A stretch of 64,000 bases of DNA from a virus: IMG/VR virus record IMGVR_UViG_3300020220_003261; one strand, 5' to 3'. The notes beneath the pieces were generated by a model that was given only the letters and a program-made list of their open reading frames with translations, was not told where the DNA came from and ran no database searches. Every line of letters begins with the position of its first letter. Position 1 is the first letter of the stretch. The position numbers and the translations under genes were made by a program. This document shows positions 1 through 8,998 of the stretch, one piece after another.

Positions 1-285
1 CTTATTTATGGCGATGCATCCAAAGTGGAAATATTAGATCTTAATAAAGTTATTACATTAAAAGATCAACAGATAACCCTTTTCAAAGAAAAAGATAGTT
101 TGAAGACGAAACAAATTGGTAATTTGGAATTAATTATTCAGAAACAAAATGATCAATTTGCATTAGAAAGACAAAAATCGATAAGTTTATTAAAAGAACT
201 AAAAGGACAAAGAAGAAAAACTTTCTTATATAAAGTTGGGACATTTGTTGGTATAGTAGCAACATCTGCATTACTATTAAAATAG
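1..285 (+). CDS. Coiled-coil protein with C-terminal membrane anchor, possibly spanin-like; open at the left edge
   Basis: Frame is open from base 1 (LIYGDASKVEILDL...). Heptad-rich body, basic stretch, then hydrophobic C-terminus VGTFVGIVATSALLLK. Confidence 0.55.
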   Translation, partial: LIYGDASKVEILDLNKVITLKDQQITLFKEKDSLKTKQIGNLELIIQKQNDQFALERQKSISLLKELKGQRRKTFLYKVGTFVGIVATSALLLK

Positions 286-286
286 A

Positions 287-615
287 ATGAAAAAATATTT
301 TGATTATAAAAATATAACAATTTTACTAATTATAATATTAACAATCCTCACATTATTAAACCCAAAGGGTTATATATTGATAAGATCGAAAATAGTGTAT
401 GTAACAAATATTATCAATATTCGTTACGATTCGGTATCGTATCCCGTTTATGATACTTCAATAGGACAGGTGCAATTACAGCGTCCAGTTGAAACGATTG
501 TTGGATTGGAAAAAAAATTGAAGTATCAGTTTACCAACCTGTGGATACAATGTTGATACTTGAAGATTACTATTCTGAAAATATTTTAACTAATGTATTA
601 AATTTATTTAAATAA
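287..615 (+). pseudogene. N-terminally anchored membrane protein, frameshifted or truncated at an A8 run
   Basis: ORF 287-556 has an N-terminal TM segment. The -1 frame after the A-run at 510-517 continues EKKIEVSVYQPVDTMLILEDYYSENILTNVLNLFK to TAA at 613-615. Confidence 0.4.
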
Positions 616-696
616 AAATGGTTCAATAAGATTAATAGATACAATATCACGAAAAAAATAATTGGTAGATAATTTAAGGAAAAGTTATAATAAAAA

Positions 697-1146
697 ATGA
701 AAACATATCTTCTATTTGTATTCGGGACATTTGATGACCACGAGGATATAGAATTTTTTTGTGCAGAAATATTAGGACAATCAAAGGTGGTTGATACCAT
801 TAGATATGTTATAGAAGGTGATAAAAATATTATAGTCATTTTCGAATCAGAGATGGGACAAAAAGATTTATCTGAAGAATTATATTCTTTGATAATAAAC
901 GAAAACGTGAAATTTTATTTTATATTTGAAAGAGATAATTTAGTAACCGCACATTTACCCATCCAAATGAAAGATTTTATTTTCAAGCCATATACAGAAT
1001 TTGAGATTATGAAAGTCAATTTTGAAAAAAAAGAAATTGACAAACCCTCTTTAGATTTAGACACATTATTAGATAAGATTGATAAGATGGGTGTTGAAAG
1101 CTTAACACCAGAAGAAAAAAATTTCTTAGATAATTTTGAAATTTGA
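697..1146 (+). CDS. Hypothetical phage protein
   Basis: 149-aa ORF with A-rich leader. C-terminal LDxLLDKIxxxGxESLTxEEKxFL helical motif. Confidence 0.75.
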   Translation: MKTYLLFVFGTFDDHEDIEFFCAEILGQSKVVDTIRYVIEGDKNIIVIFESEMGQKDLSEELYSLIINENVKFYFIFERDNLVTAHLPIQMKDFIFKPYTEFEIMKVNFEKKEIDKPSLDLDTLLDKIDKMGVESLTPEEKNFLDNFEI

Positions 1147-1194
1147 TATTTTTTTGTTATCCTATTATATATTACATAATTACACCAACCACTT

Positions 1195-2004
1195 ATGAAA
1201 AAATCAATTATCATCAACACAGAGGAGATACAACAGTATATAAAAGATCTCCGTAAAATTCCAGTTATCACACATCAAAGACAAGATGAGATTTTTATCA
1301 GTCTAACAAATAAAGAGATTACCAAATCTAAAAAACAAAAGTTGTTAGATGAGTTGGTAATAGGAAATTTACGTTTTGTAATCTCTGTCGCCAAGTTATA
1401 TCAAAATCAAGGAATGGATCTTCTTGATTTAATTTCTGAAGGTAACATTGGTTTAATAAAGGCAGCTGAAAGATTTGACCCTACAAGTGGTTTAAAATTT
1501 ATTTCATATGCAGTTTGGTGGGTAAGACAATCTATCATGGCATCTTTGAATGAAAATGCTAGAACTATTAGAATCCCTTCGAATTTAGTTCAAGAAGCAC
1601 AAAAGCAAAGAAAGGAGGAGATTAAAGAAGATGATATGTTACTTAGATTTAGTGATGAGGATGCTATTGGAATGAACTTACCTTATTGTATAGGGTTATA
1701 TAATCAAATAAATGAATCGGGGGACGAGTTAATTGATATCATACCAAACAAAAATGTTGACTCTCCTGATAGCATTTTAAACTCTCCTGAAGAAATTAAG
1801 AAAAAAGTTAATTTAATGTTGAGTGTTTTAGATTATAGGGAAAAGACTATTATTGAAAAATATTATGGTCTTACAGGTATTGAGTGTAATTTAGAAGATT
1901 TGGGTGAAGAGTTTGGTTGCACTAAGGAAAGAATAAGACAATTAAGAGATAAAGCAATAAAAAAGTTAAGAAACGAGAGTTTTGACTTGTTAAACTATTT
2001 ATAA
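1195..2004 (+). CDS. rpoD: RNA polymerase sigma-70 factor, short RpoD/SigA type lacking region 1.1
   Basis: Region 2 NLRFVISVAKLYQNQG...DLISEGNIGLIKAAERFDP...KFISYAVWWVRQSI. Region 4 HTH LEDLGEEFGCTKERIRQLRDKAIKKLR. Confidence 0.95.
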   Translation: MKKSIIINTEEIQQYIKDLRKIPVITHQRQDEIFISLTNKEITKSKKQKLLDELVIGNLRFVISVAKLYQNQGMDLLDLISEGNIGLIKAAERFDPTSGLKFISYAVWWVRQSIMASLNENARTIRIPSNLVQEAQKQRKEEIKEDDMLLRFSDEDAIGMNLPYCIGLYNQINESGDELIDIIPNKNVDSPDSILNSPEEIKKKVNLMLSVLDYREKTIIEKYYGLTGIECNLEDLGEEFGCTKERIRQLRDKAIKKLRNESFDLLNYL

Positions 2005-2021
2005 TAATAAAATTTTAAAAT

Positions 2022-2303
2022 ATGAAAGAATTCTTAGAGAAAAATTTTACGATAATTGTATTTGTTTTTGTTTTGTTAACATTCTTTAAAGGTTGTTCTG
2101 ATAGTAGAGAAATAACAAAAATTAAGAATGAAATAAAACAAATAAAAGATTCAACATATACAAAAAAAGAATTATATCTTGTTTTACAAATCGAAGGTCT
2201 TAAATCTGAAAAGAGAATGATACAAGCTACAGATCGTAAGATACTTGATGTTCAACGTCAAACCGAAATTGATAATGAAATACTTCGATTAAAAGGTGAT
2301 TAG
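2022..2303 (+). CDS. Small membrane-anchored protein, possibly a lipoprotein
   Basis: N-terminal hydrophobic segment followed by FFKGC (lipobox-like), then coiled coil. Confidence 0.65.
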   Translation: MKEFLEKNFTIIVFVFVLLTFFKGCSDSREITKIKNEIKQIKDSTYTKKELYLVLQIEGLKSEKRMIQATDRKILDVQRQTEIDNEILRLKGD

Positions 2304-3438
2304 TGGTAAGATGAAACATTGGATTAACACACATTATAAGAATTTAATCATTGGGGCCTTTTTGGTTCCTATCATAACTGTCGCAATTGTATCTATTTCC
2401 CACGTAACAAAATGGTATGGTATTTCTAATCCAGTTAGTTGGGCTATTTATCTTTCTATCGGTATAGAAATCGCGGCTTTATCTGCACTTGCAGCTATAT
2501 CAGCTGATATGGGTAAAAAGATATATTTTCCTTTTGCAATTGTAACATTAGTTCAATTTATCGGTAATGTCTTTTTTGCATATTCTTTTATAGATATAAA
2601 TTCAAAACTTTTTATTGATTGGATTGATTTGGTTTCACCATTAGTTTCTTTCATGGGTGTTGAACCAACAGATTTAGTTGGACATAAAAGGTTTTTAGCA
2701 TTTTTTTCAGGTGGAATGTTACCAATAATTTCACTCTCTTTTCTTCATATGTTAGTTAAGTTTACTGAAGAAGGTAGAAAAAAAGAGTTGGAGCAAAAAA
2801 AGGTGATAATCGAAAATAAAGAACCACTACCAACAGTAGAGGCTAAAGATATAATTGGTGAAGTTTCAAGATTAAGGCTTTCTGAAAACGATTTAAAAAA
2901 ACTTGAAGATGCATTATTAAATTCACCTTTACCAAGTGAAAATTTAAAAGAAGATTCGCAAATATATAAAAAAGAGGTTGAGATCAGAAAACCTGTTGAG
3001 GACAATCTGTATTTAGAAAAAGAGGAAATTGTAAATAATAAACCTGTTTCAATAGAAGAGAAAACTCTTAATCTAAAACAAGTGGTATTTGAACCAAAGG
3101 AAGAAAATAAATCGATATTTCCTGAAAACATGGAATACGACGAAGAATATAATAGAACAGTTTACCCGAGTCGAGAAGAATTAAAACAAGAACCAATTAC
3201 TCCTGCGATATCCGATGAAAAAGTTAGAGAAATGTTTATGGATGAATGGGAAAGAAAATTTGAATTAGTTGAAGAAGATGAGAATGAAGAAGAAATTTAC
3301 AATGTAGAACCAACAGAAGAGGAGGAAAACCAAAATTTTTCGACTATAGAACAAAATCCTGAAAATATCTTACAAAATACCGAATCTATTTTGGATACCC
3401 AAACAAATACGTCAAAAGAAGACGAAAAAAAAAATTAG
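2296..3438 (+). CDS. Multi-pass membrane protein with long acidic C-terminal region
   Basis: About 4 hydrophobic segments in the first 155 aa, then an E/K-rich tail. Ends EKKN at an A10 run. Confidence 0.8.
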   Translation: MISGKMKHWINTHYKNLIIGAFLVPIITVAIVSISHVTKWYGISNPVSWAIYLSIGIEIAALSALAAISADMGKKIYFPFAIVTLVQFIGNVFFAYSFIDINSKLFIDWIDLVSPLVSFMGVEPTDLVGHKRFLAFFSGGMLPIISLSFLHMLVKFTEEGRKKELEQKKVIIENKEPLPTVEAKDIIGEVSRLRLSENDLKKLEDALLNSPLPSENLKEDSQIYKKEVEIRKPVEDNLYLEKEEIVNNKPVSIEEKTLNLKQVVFEPKEENKSIFPENMEYDEEYNRTVYPSREELKQEPITPAISDEKVREMFMDEWERKFELVEEDENEEEIYNVEPTEEEENQNFSTIEQNPENILQNTESILDTQTNTSKEDEKKN

Positions 3439-3476
3439 AAGAGAACCTAACGTCGAACTCAGATTCAACAACCTCA

Positions 3477-3662
3477 TTGGATAATAATTCAATTTCTTTT
3501 TCAAATGTAGGTACACATTTTCCATATTATTACAAATATGGAAAACAAGAAGAACCCATCAATGAAATAGAAACCCGAGATAACCCTGTGGAGGAGCTCC
3601 AACCAAATATTATTGTAAAAAATGTTAACGGTTCAAAGGATAGGAATACTAGAAGAAGATAA
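3477..3662 (+). CDS. Short ORF, probably the -1 frameshift extension of 2296-3438
   Basis: TTG start only. Its frame is open back to the A10 run at 3425-3434. Confidence 0.4.
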   Translation: MDNNSISFSNVGTHFPYYYKYGKQEEPINEIETRDNPVEELQPNIIVKNVNGSKDRNTRRR

Positions 3663-4224
3663 ATTAAACGTAGTTAAAAAGAAAACAAAGAAAACTCAAA
3701 TATTTCTTTATGACACTCAAAGGAGAATAGATGATTATGTCAATAAATTGAAGTATAGAAAAAATGGAAGATATGAAGATATTCCACATTTTATAGTATC
3801 TAAACTTGGTTTAGTATATGAAGTTTTTGATACAAATTTTTATTCAAACACATTTAATAACCCGAATATTGACAAAAAAATTATTAAGATTGCTGTTGAA
3901 AATTTAGGTTGGCTTAATAAAAATACAATTACAGGTATACTTTACAATTGGATTGGTGATCCTTACAGAACAGAACCTCACGTAAGAAATTGGAGAAACT
4001 TTCATTTTTGGGACAAATACACGGACACTCAAATGAAATCCATTTCGGAATTATCCGATTTTTTATGTGAAAAACATAATATTTTCAAACAAGCCGTTCC
4101 CTCACAAGGATACATGGAAAAGATTGATAATTTCAAAGGAATTGTCTGTAAATCGAATTTTTCAAATATTTATACAGATATAAACCCTTCGTTCGATTTT
4201 AGAACTTTATTTAACAATGGCTAA
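3622..4224 (+). CDS. N-acetylmuramoyl-L-alanine amidase-like protein (Amidase_2 fold), apparently lacking Zn ligands
   Basis: IPHFIVSKLGLVYEVFD, IAVENLGWL, WDKYTDTQMKSISELSDFLC and TDINP match T7-lysozyme-like amidases. The His ligand positions read LYDT and VCKS. Confidence 0.7.
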   Translation: MLTVQRIGILEEDKLNVVKKKTKKTQIFLYDTQRRIDDYVNKLKYRKNGRYEDIPHFIVSKLGLVYEVFDTNFYSNTFNNPNIDKKIIKIAVENLGWLNKNTITGILYNWIGDPYRTEPHVRNWRNFHFWDKYTDTQMKSISELSDFLCEKHNIFKQAVPSQGYMEKIDNFKGIVCKSNFSNIYTDINPSFDFRTLFNNG

Positions 4225-4732
4225 TAAAAATGTAGGTTACGATGAAACCAAAAAAATGTTGAATACATTGAGAAATTTCAATGTCAATAAATCATCAACT
4301 AAGACTATAAAAGAAGATGTCACACCTCAAGATGTTGATAGTGTATCAGACACAAAAAAAGATGACATAACAGTAATTAATAATGTTGATGTTAAATTGT
4401 TATTTAACGATGACCAAGATAATGTTTTTAAGGATGAACAAAAACAAGCAATATCAGATCTAATAGATAATTTTAGACAACAAGTTTCACAAGTTGTAGA
4501 TTTTGAACCAGGTTTTACAGTATCACCTGATCAAATAAGATTAGATGGAACTTTAACAGATGAAGATATAAGTTTTGTTTTTATAGCAGGAGAAGAAAAC
4601 GGTGTTTATATTAATGCCGAAATGTTAAAATTAGAACAGAATGTCGGAGATAAATTAGAAAGACTTTCAAAGTTTGAAGAGACATTTAAAACATCAATAG
4701 AACCAATATTAACTCAAAGAAACAATAACTAA
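4217..4732 (+). CDS. Hypothetical protein
   Basis: 171-aa acidic ORF, overlap-coupled to the upstream gene. Confidence 0.75.
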   Translation: MANKNVGYDETKKMLNTLRNFNVNKSSTKTIKEDVTPQDVDSVSDTKKDDITVINNVDVKLLFNDDQDNVFKDEQKQAISDLIDNFRQQVSQVVDFEPGFTVSPDQIRLDGTLTDEDISFVFIAGEENGVYINAEMLKLEQNVGDKLERLSKFEETFKTSIEPILTQRNNN

Positions 4733-4733
4733 T

Positions 4734-4973
4734 ATGGCACTTACAGATCAGGATAAAAGAGAGATTGAAAAAATAGTAAAAAAAGAAATTAAAGATTTTA
4801 TGGACACCACTCAAGCTCATAAAGTAGTTGTTGATATGGTCAAAAAGGAAATGGGAACAAGAGATATAAATGATAAAGTAGTAGATTTATCCACCAAAGT
4901 TGTTGTTGAATTATTCAAAACATTGTGGCAAAGAAAATCATTTTGGGAAAACTCATTAAAAGGTGTTAGATAA
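4734..4973 (+). CDS. Hypothetical protein
   Basis: 79-aa ORF tightly packed between neighbours. Confidence 0.7.
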   Translation: MALTDQDKREIEKIVKKEIKDFMDTTQAHKVVVDMVKKEMGTRDINDKVVDLSTKVVVELFKTLWQRKSFWENSLKGVR

Positions 4974-5989
4974 TGAAATTCAAAAAGCCTAACTTCCAAT
5001 ATGAATGGGAAGAAGCCAAGTTAAGAAAGGGTTTATTCAGTTCAAAACAAGAATGGTTAAAAACTGCAGTAACAGGATCTCCTCAAATCATTGATTGTTC
5101 AATGAATCTAGGGAATACTGACATGTGTGATGATGACCGAGATTTAGAGGATCTGAATCCAGATAAAGTCAAAAGAGCAAAAGAGGCGTTAAAAAGAGGA
5201 ATAATTGAATTACCAATAGTTTTACATGTTGAGGACAGATATGAGATTCTAGGGGGTAATACTCGCTTAACAGCGATGAAAAAAGCAAATATTCCAGCAT
5301 ATGCTTGGGTAATCGAATTACCAGATAAAAAAATTGAGGACCTATTTATAGATGGATATGATGAAGAAAATTTTTATGATTATCAAAGTATGGAAGAAAC
5401 AAAAGATATGATTGAAAAATGGTCACAGAAATACAAAAATTCAATTGACTGTAATAATCCTAAAGGATTTAGTCAAAGAGCCCATTGTCAAGGAAAGAAG
5501 AAAAAAATAGAGGCCAAAGAAACCGATGCATCTTCATCAGGTTCATATATAGGTTCTGCATTTGGTAAATTCATGTCAAAAAGAGAAATTTATAAATTAC
5601 ATAATGCAAATCTTAAAGAAGAGGTAGAATTAGACGAAGTAACAGATGCGTCATCATCTGGTTCATACGATGTTCCATTTTTAGGAAAGACACCTAAAGG
5701 AAGAAAAAATCCATTAAAAATTGATGGTCCTGATAGTATCTATAATAACAGAGCTGTTAAAGACAAAAAATTTCCAAGATTCGGTGGTCCAAATGGGATA
5801 TATGTTAAAGTGAAAGAAAAATGTAAAAAGTTTCCTTATTGTAATCAAGGTAATACGGGGGCGTTAGAATTTATACGTGAAAATCAAGATATAAAAAATT
5901 CAATAATGGAAATCTCAAAAAAAATGGGGATTCCGTATAAGGAAATTGAAAAATTGGTATTAAACGAGATTAATAAGATATTTATTTAG
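4973..5989 (+). CDS. Mosaic protein with N-terminal ParB/Srx-like domain
   Basis: LPIVLHVEDRYEILGGNTRLTAMKK is a ParB-like core. Also a KWSQKYKNSIDCNNPKGFSQRAHC module and a duplicated TDASSSGSY motif. Confidence 0.65.
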   Translation: MKFKKPNFQYEWEEAKLRKGLFSSKQEWLKTAVTGSPQIIDCSMNLGNTDMCDDDRDLEDLNPDKVKRAKEALKRGIIELPIVLHVEDRYEILGGNTRLTAMKKANIPAYAWVIELPDKKIEDLFIDGYDEENFYDYQSMEETKDMIEKWSQKYKNSIDCNNPKGFSQRAHCQGKKKKIEAKETDASSSGSYIGSAFGKFMSKREIYKLHNANLKEEVELDEVTDASSSGSYDVPFLGKTPKGRKNPLKIDGPDSIYNNRAVKDKKFPRFGGPNGIYVKVKEKCKKFPYCNQGNTGALEFIRENQDIKNSIMEISKKMGIPYKEIEKLVLNEINKIFI

Positions 5990-5990
5990 T

Positions 5991-7526
5991 ATGAAGTTAT
6001 CTGAATTAAATAATATAATTGAAAATACCTTATCTGAAGAAATCAGAAAAACGATTATTTCAGAAAAAGAGATTGGTAAAAAGACCGTTTATCATGTAAA
6101 ATGTGAAGGAGAACCCGTTGCAACTTTTTCAAATGAAGAAGAGGCTTTAGGTTATATGAAAAAAGTTAAGGATGATGTTTCAGGTAAACCTATGATAATA
6201 GAAAAAGAAGTTTATGAATCATATTCAGATATGATAGAGAAACTTGATAAAATGGGAGAAAAACTACAAGAAAAAGAAAATCAAAATATGAAAAATAAAG
6301 AAACAATGGAAGGTAATCCTTTCGCTTATGCTGCGTTAATGGCAAAAAAAGAAGGAAAAAAAGAATTTAAATTTGGTGGTAAAACACATGATGTAGAAGA
6401 AGTGTATAACCAATTCGACGAATCTTTAGAAGTTAACGAAGATAAGTTGGAAGAGGAGGAAAAATGTAATGAGTGTGGTAAAAAATCAATCGAAGAAGAT
6501 TTTGGTGAAGATCCTCAAACAATGGGTAAAATAAAATCTCTTTACAATAAATTACATTCTAATTCACAAATGGAAGAAGAATTAAGAGGTAATCAACATA
6601 GGTTAGATTTTGATAAAGATGGTGACATAGAAAGTGATGATTTAAAAGATTTAAGAGCAGGCAAAAAGGGAGATACCAACGAAGGATTTACTATGTTTAT
6701 GTCAGCCATTATTTCTGATTATAGAGAAAAATATGGTAGAGACCCAAGTGATGAAGAATTGGGGAAAGAAATGAAAAAGATTTACGGCGAACCAGAAAAA
6801 GACGAAGATAAAAAAGACGATAAAGATAAAAAGAATGTTAAAGAAGGTTACGGTAATTGTAATGAGTGTGGAAAAATGTTAAATGAAGAAGGTACGTGTT
6901 CTGAATGTAATTCTATGATTAAAGAATCAAAAAAGAAAACACTTAGATTGACTGAAATAGAAATGATTAAAATTATTAAAAATATCATCAATGAAACTGT
7001 TCCTGGTTTAGTAATGGCAAAAAAATCAAGTGGAAGATCGGGTAAAGAATCAAAAGAATATTTATCAACAGTTGAAAAGAAAATGAAAGATTTTTTATCA
7101 TTTGATGGTAATGATAATCCTGAATTTCCAAAACAAGTAGGTAAAGGAGATAAAGTTGCAAGACAAAATTCTGAAAAAGAAGACGAAGAAGTTGCAAAAA
7201 ACTTTTCAGGTTTACAGAATTTAGATTATGATATTGAACCATCTGAAAATTTTAAGAAAAGATTAAAAATGGCTATTGAAGGTGATAAAATGATGGGTAA
7301 CGGATCAAAAGATGTTGCCAACGTGGTAGCATCTAAAGTTGCAATGGACAAGATGGAGAAACAAATAAAGAATAGAAAAAAAGATAAGGAAGAGAGAGTA
7401 ATATATAAGAAAGAAGTGTTACCTGTCAAAAATGTTAATGAATCAAAAATTAATTTATCAGGTCTTCTTGATGAAGAAATTAACAAAATGAAAAAGATTT
7501 CTTCATACAATAAGAAAACACAGTAA
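5991..7526 (+). CDS. Acidic, charged, repeat-containing protein, possibly a head-internal or scaffold protein
   Basis: E/K-rich. Repeated CNECG motifs and an EF-hand-like loop DFDKDGDIESDD. Confidence 0.6.
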   Translation: MKLSELNNIIENTLSEEIRKTIISEKEIGKKTVYHVKCEGEPVATFSNEEEALGYMKKVKDDVSGKPMIIEKEVYESYSDMIEKLDKMGEKLQEKENQNMKNKETMEGNPFAYAALMAKKEGKKEFKFGGKTHDVEEVYNQFDESLEVNEDKLEEEEKCNECGKKSIEEDFGEDPQTMGKIKSLYNKLHSNSQMEEELRGNQHRLDFDKDGDIESDDLKDLRAGKKGDTNEGFTMFMSAIISDYREKYGRDPSDEELGKEMKKIYGEPEKDEDKKDDKDKKNVKEGYGNCNECGKMLNEEGTCSECNSMIKESKKKTLRLTEIEMIKIIKNIINETVPGLVMAKKSSGRSGKESKEYLSTVEKKMKDFLSFDGNDNPEFPKQVGKGDKVARQNSEKEDEEVAKNFSGLQNLDYDIEPSENFKKRLKMAIEGDKMMGNGSKDVANVVASKVAMDKMEKQIKNRKKDKEERVIYKKEVLPVKNVNESKINLSGLLDEEINKMKKISSYNKKTQ

Positions 7527-7554
7527 CAACCTTTTTTTTATTTTCTTTTCTCCT

Positions 7555-7562
7555 TATATTTG
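7555..7562 (+). promoter_or_regulatory. Bacteroidota-type -7 promoter element (TAnnTTTG)
   Basis: TATATTTG lies 11 nt upstream of the ATG at 7574, in an intergenic gap. Confidence 0.45.
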
Positions 7563-7573
7563 ATTGTAGGGTT

Positions 7574-8032
7574 ATGGAAAATAATAAAGAAGGTTACTTG
7601 GAGTTCATATCCTCCGAAAGTTACAAACACCAAATAGACGTTTGGTATCGTGCATACAATATAAGTCGTGAAAAAACTGAGTTATTTTACGATTTCATAA
7701 GTTCAATATTTTTTTTAATTGAAGAAACATATTTGGGTGAAGATGTAATGGATTTAGAATTAAATCAAAAAAATCATTTTACATGGTGTTGGGATAAAAC
7801 AATAGAAAATTATAATAAAGAAAGGATTTTCTTTAAGGATAGAGGTGTTCATTATGAATACTTTTGGAATTTTTTTTTAGAAGCGTATTATGTTAACAAA
7901 CAAGATAATGGTATAATTAGAATAAAAGAATACTTTTATAAACTTTTTGATTTCCAACATAAAAAAACAAGGTCTGAATTGGACATGTTGACAGAAATAT
8001 ATAAATTATTAGATCAAAACTTGAAAAAGTGA
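7574..8032 (+). CDS. Hypothetical protein
   Basis: 152-aa ORF downstream of a TATATTTG motif. Confidence 0.75.
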   Translation: MENNKEGYLEFISSESYKHQIDVWYRAYNISREKTELFYDFISSIFFLIEETYLGEDVMDLELNQKNHFTWCWDKTIENYNKERIFFKDRGVHYEYFWNFFLEAYYVNKQDNGIIRIKEYFYKLFDFQHKKTRSELDMLTEIYKLLDQNLKK

Positions 8033-8072
8033 ATTTTTTTCCATATATTGATAGTAAAAACTGAAATAAAAT

Positions 8073-8261
8073 ATGGAAACTCTTAAGAAAATCAAGGATT
8101 TGATTGAAAAAATGTCAATGGACACAATCAAAGTTTATGATAAGGGAAATAGAAGTGCGTCAATTAGAGCTAGAAAGTATGCTCAAGAAATAAAATTTTT
8201 GATTGCGGTTTACCGTAAAGAAATTTTAGAAGAAATGAAAAAACAGGATGGAACAAATTAA
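8073..8261 (+). CDS. Histone H1-like (Hc1 family) small DNA-binding protein
   Basis: GNRSASIRARKYAQEIK resembles the Hc1-family GNKxAGxRARKxxxEL motif. 62 aa, helical. Confidence 0.65.
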   Translation: METLKKIKDLIEKMSMDTIKVYDKGNRSASIRARKYAQEIKFLIAVYRKEILEEMKKQDGTN

Positions 8262-8427
8262 ATTATTTTTATTTGTATTAAGTGTAATTTACACTTTAAG
8301 ATTTATAATTGAATTTGCATTAAAACTAATATTGCAAAACAATCCTGATCCTATGAAAATATCAAATGTAAATCAAATTTTTTTATATTTCTCAATTTCA
8401 TATATTATAACATTTATATTAATTTAG
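8248..8427 (+). CDS. Small two-TM membrane protein (59 aa, below the ORF track cutoff)
   Basis: Translated by hand: MEQIKLFLFVLSVIYTLRFIIEFALKLILQNNPDPMKISNVNQIFLYFSISYIITFILI*. Fills the gap between neighbours. Confidence 0.65.
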   Translation: MEQIKLFLFVLSVIYTLRFIIEFALKLILQNNPDPMKISNVNQIFLYFSISYIITFILI

Positions 8428-8433
8428 TCAAAA

Positions 8434-8889
8434 GTGTTTGAAAATATAAAATATTTAAGACCATACTTTCATTCATTAAGAGAGATAGAAAATAATGTTA
8501 GTTTAGACATAAAGTTACCTTTGACTTGGATTATAGATGATATTTTGAAACCATATAGGTCTTTACAAACTAAGATTCAGCATAAAAATGAAAAATTAAT
8601 ATTAATATCTTTGATTGCAAACGCGACACAAGAAGGGTATGATTTGGTTTTTGTTGCGGCTTCAAATATTATTAAAGTTAATGGAGAATTAGAAGAAAAA
8701 GAAAAGTTATTTCAAGAAAAAGTAAAAGAATTAGAAATATTATTTAAAAAAGAATCTATAGATAAATTAAAAGATATTAATCTTCTCGAAAACTATGAAC
8801 AAGAAAATGAAACAAGCATCGGATTGGTTGATCGCAGAGATGGAAAAGGACAAGACGGAGATATCAATTCACAAGAAGCAGATGATTGA
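8434..8889 (+). CDS. Hypothetical protein
   Basis: 151-aa ORF, GTG start, coiled-coil C-terminal half. Confidence 0.7.
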   Translation: MFENIKYLRPYFHSLREIENNVSLDIKLPLTWIIDDILKPYRSLQTKIQHKNEKLILISLIANATQEGYDLVFVAASNIIKVNGELEEKEKLFQEKVKELEILFKKESIDKLKDINLLENYEQENETSIGLVDRRDGKGQDGDINSQEADD

Positions 8890-8998
8890 TGAAATCAAAA
8901 AGATTGATAAAGAAAAAATATTTCAACCAAAACCAAAAAAGAAAGTATCTATATTAGACAAAATATTAGTGATATTGGGTTATGGAAAAAAAAGGTGA
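8795..8998 (+). CDS. Hypothetical protein
   Basis: 67-aa basic ORF overlapping the upstream gene. True start may be the second ATG. Confidence 0.6.
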   Translation: MNKKMKQASDWLIAEMEKDKTEISIHKKQMIDEIKKIDKEKIFQPKPKKKVSILDKILVILGYGKKR

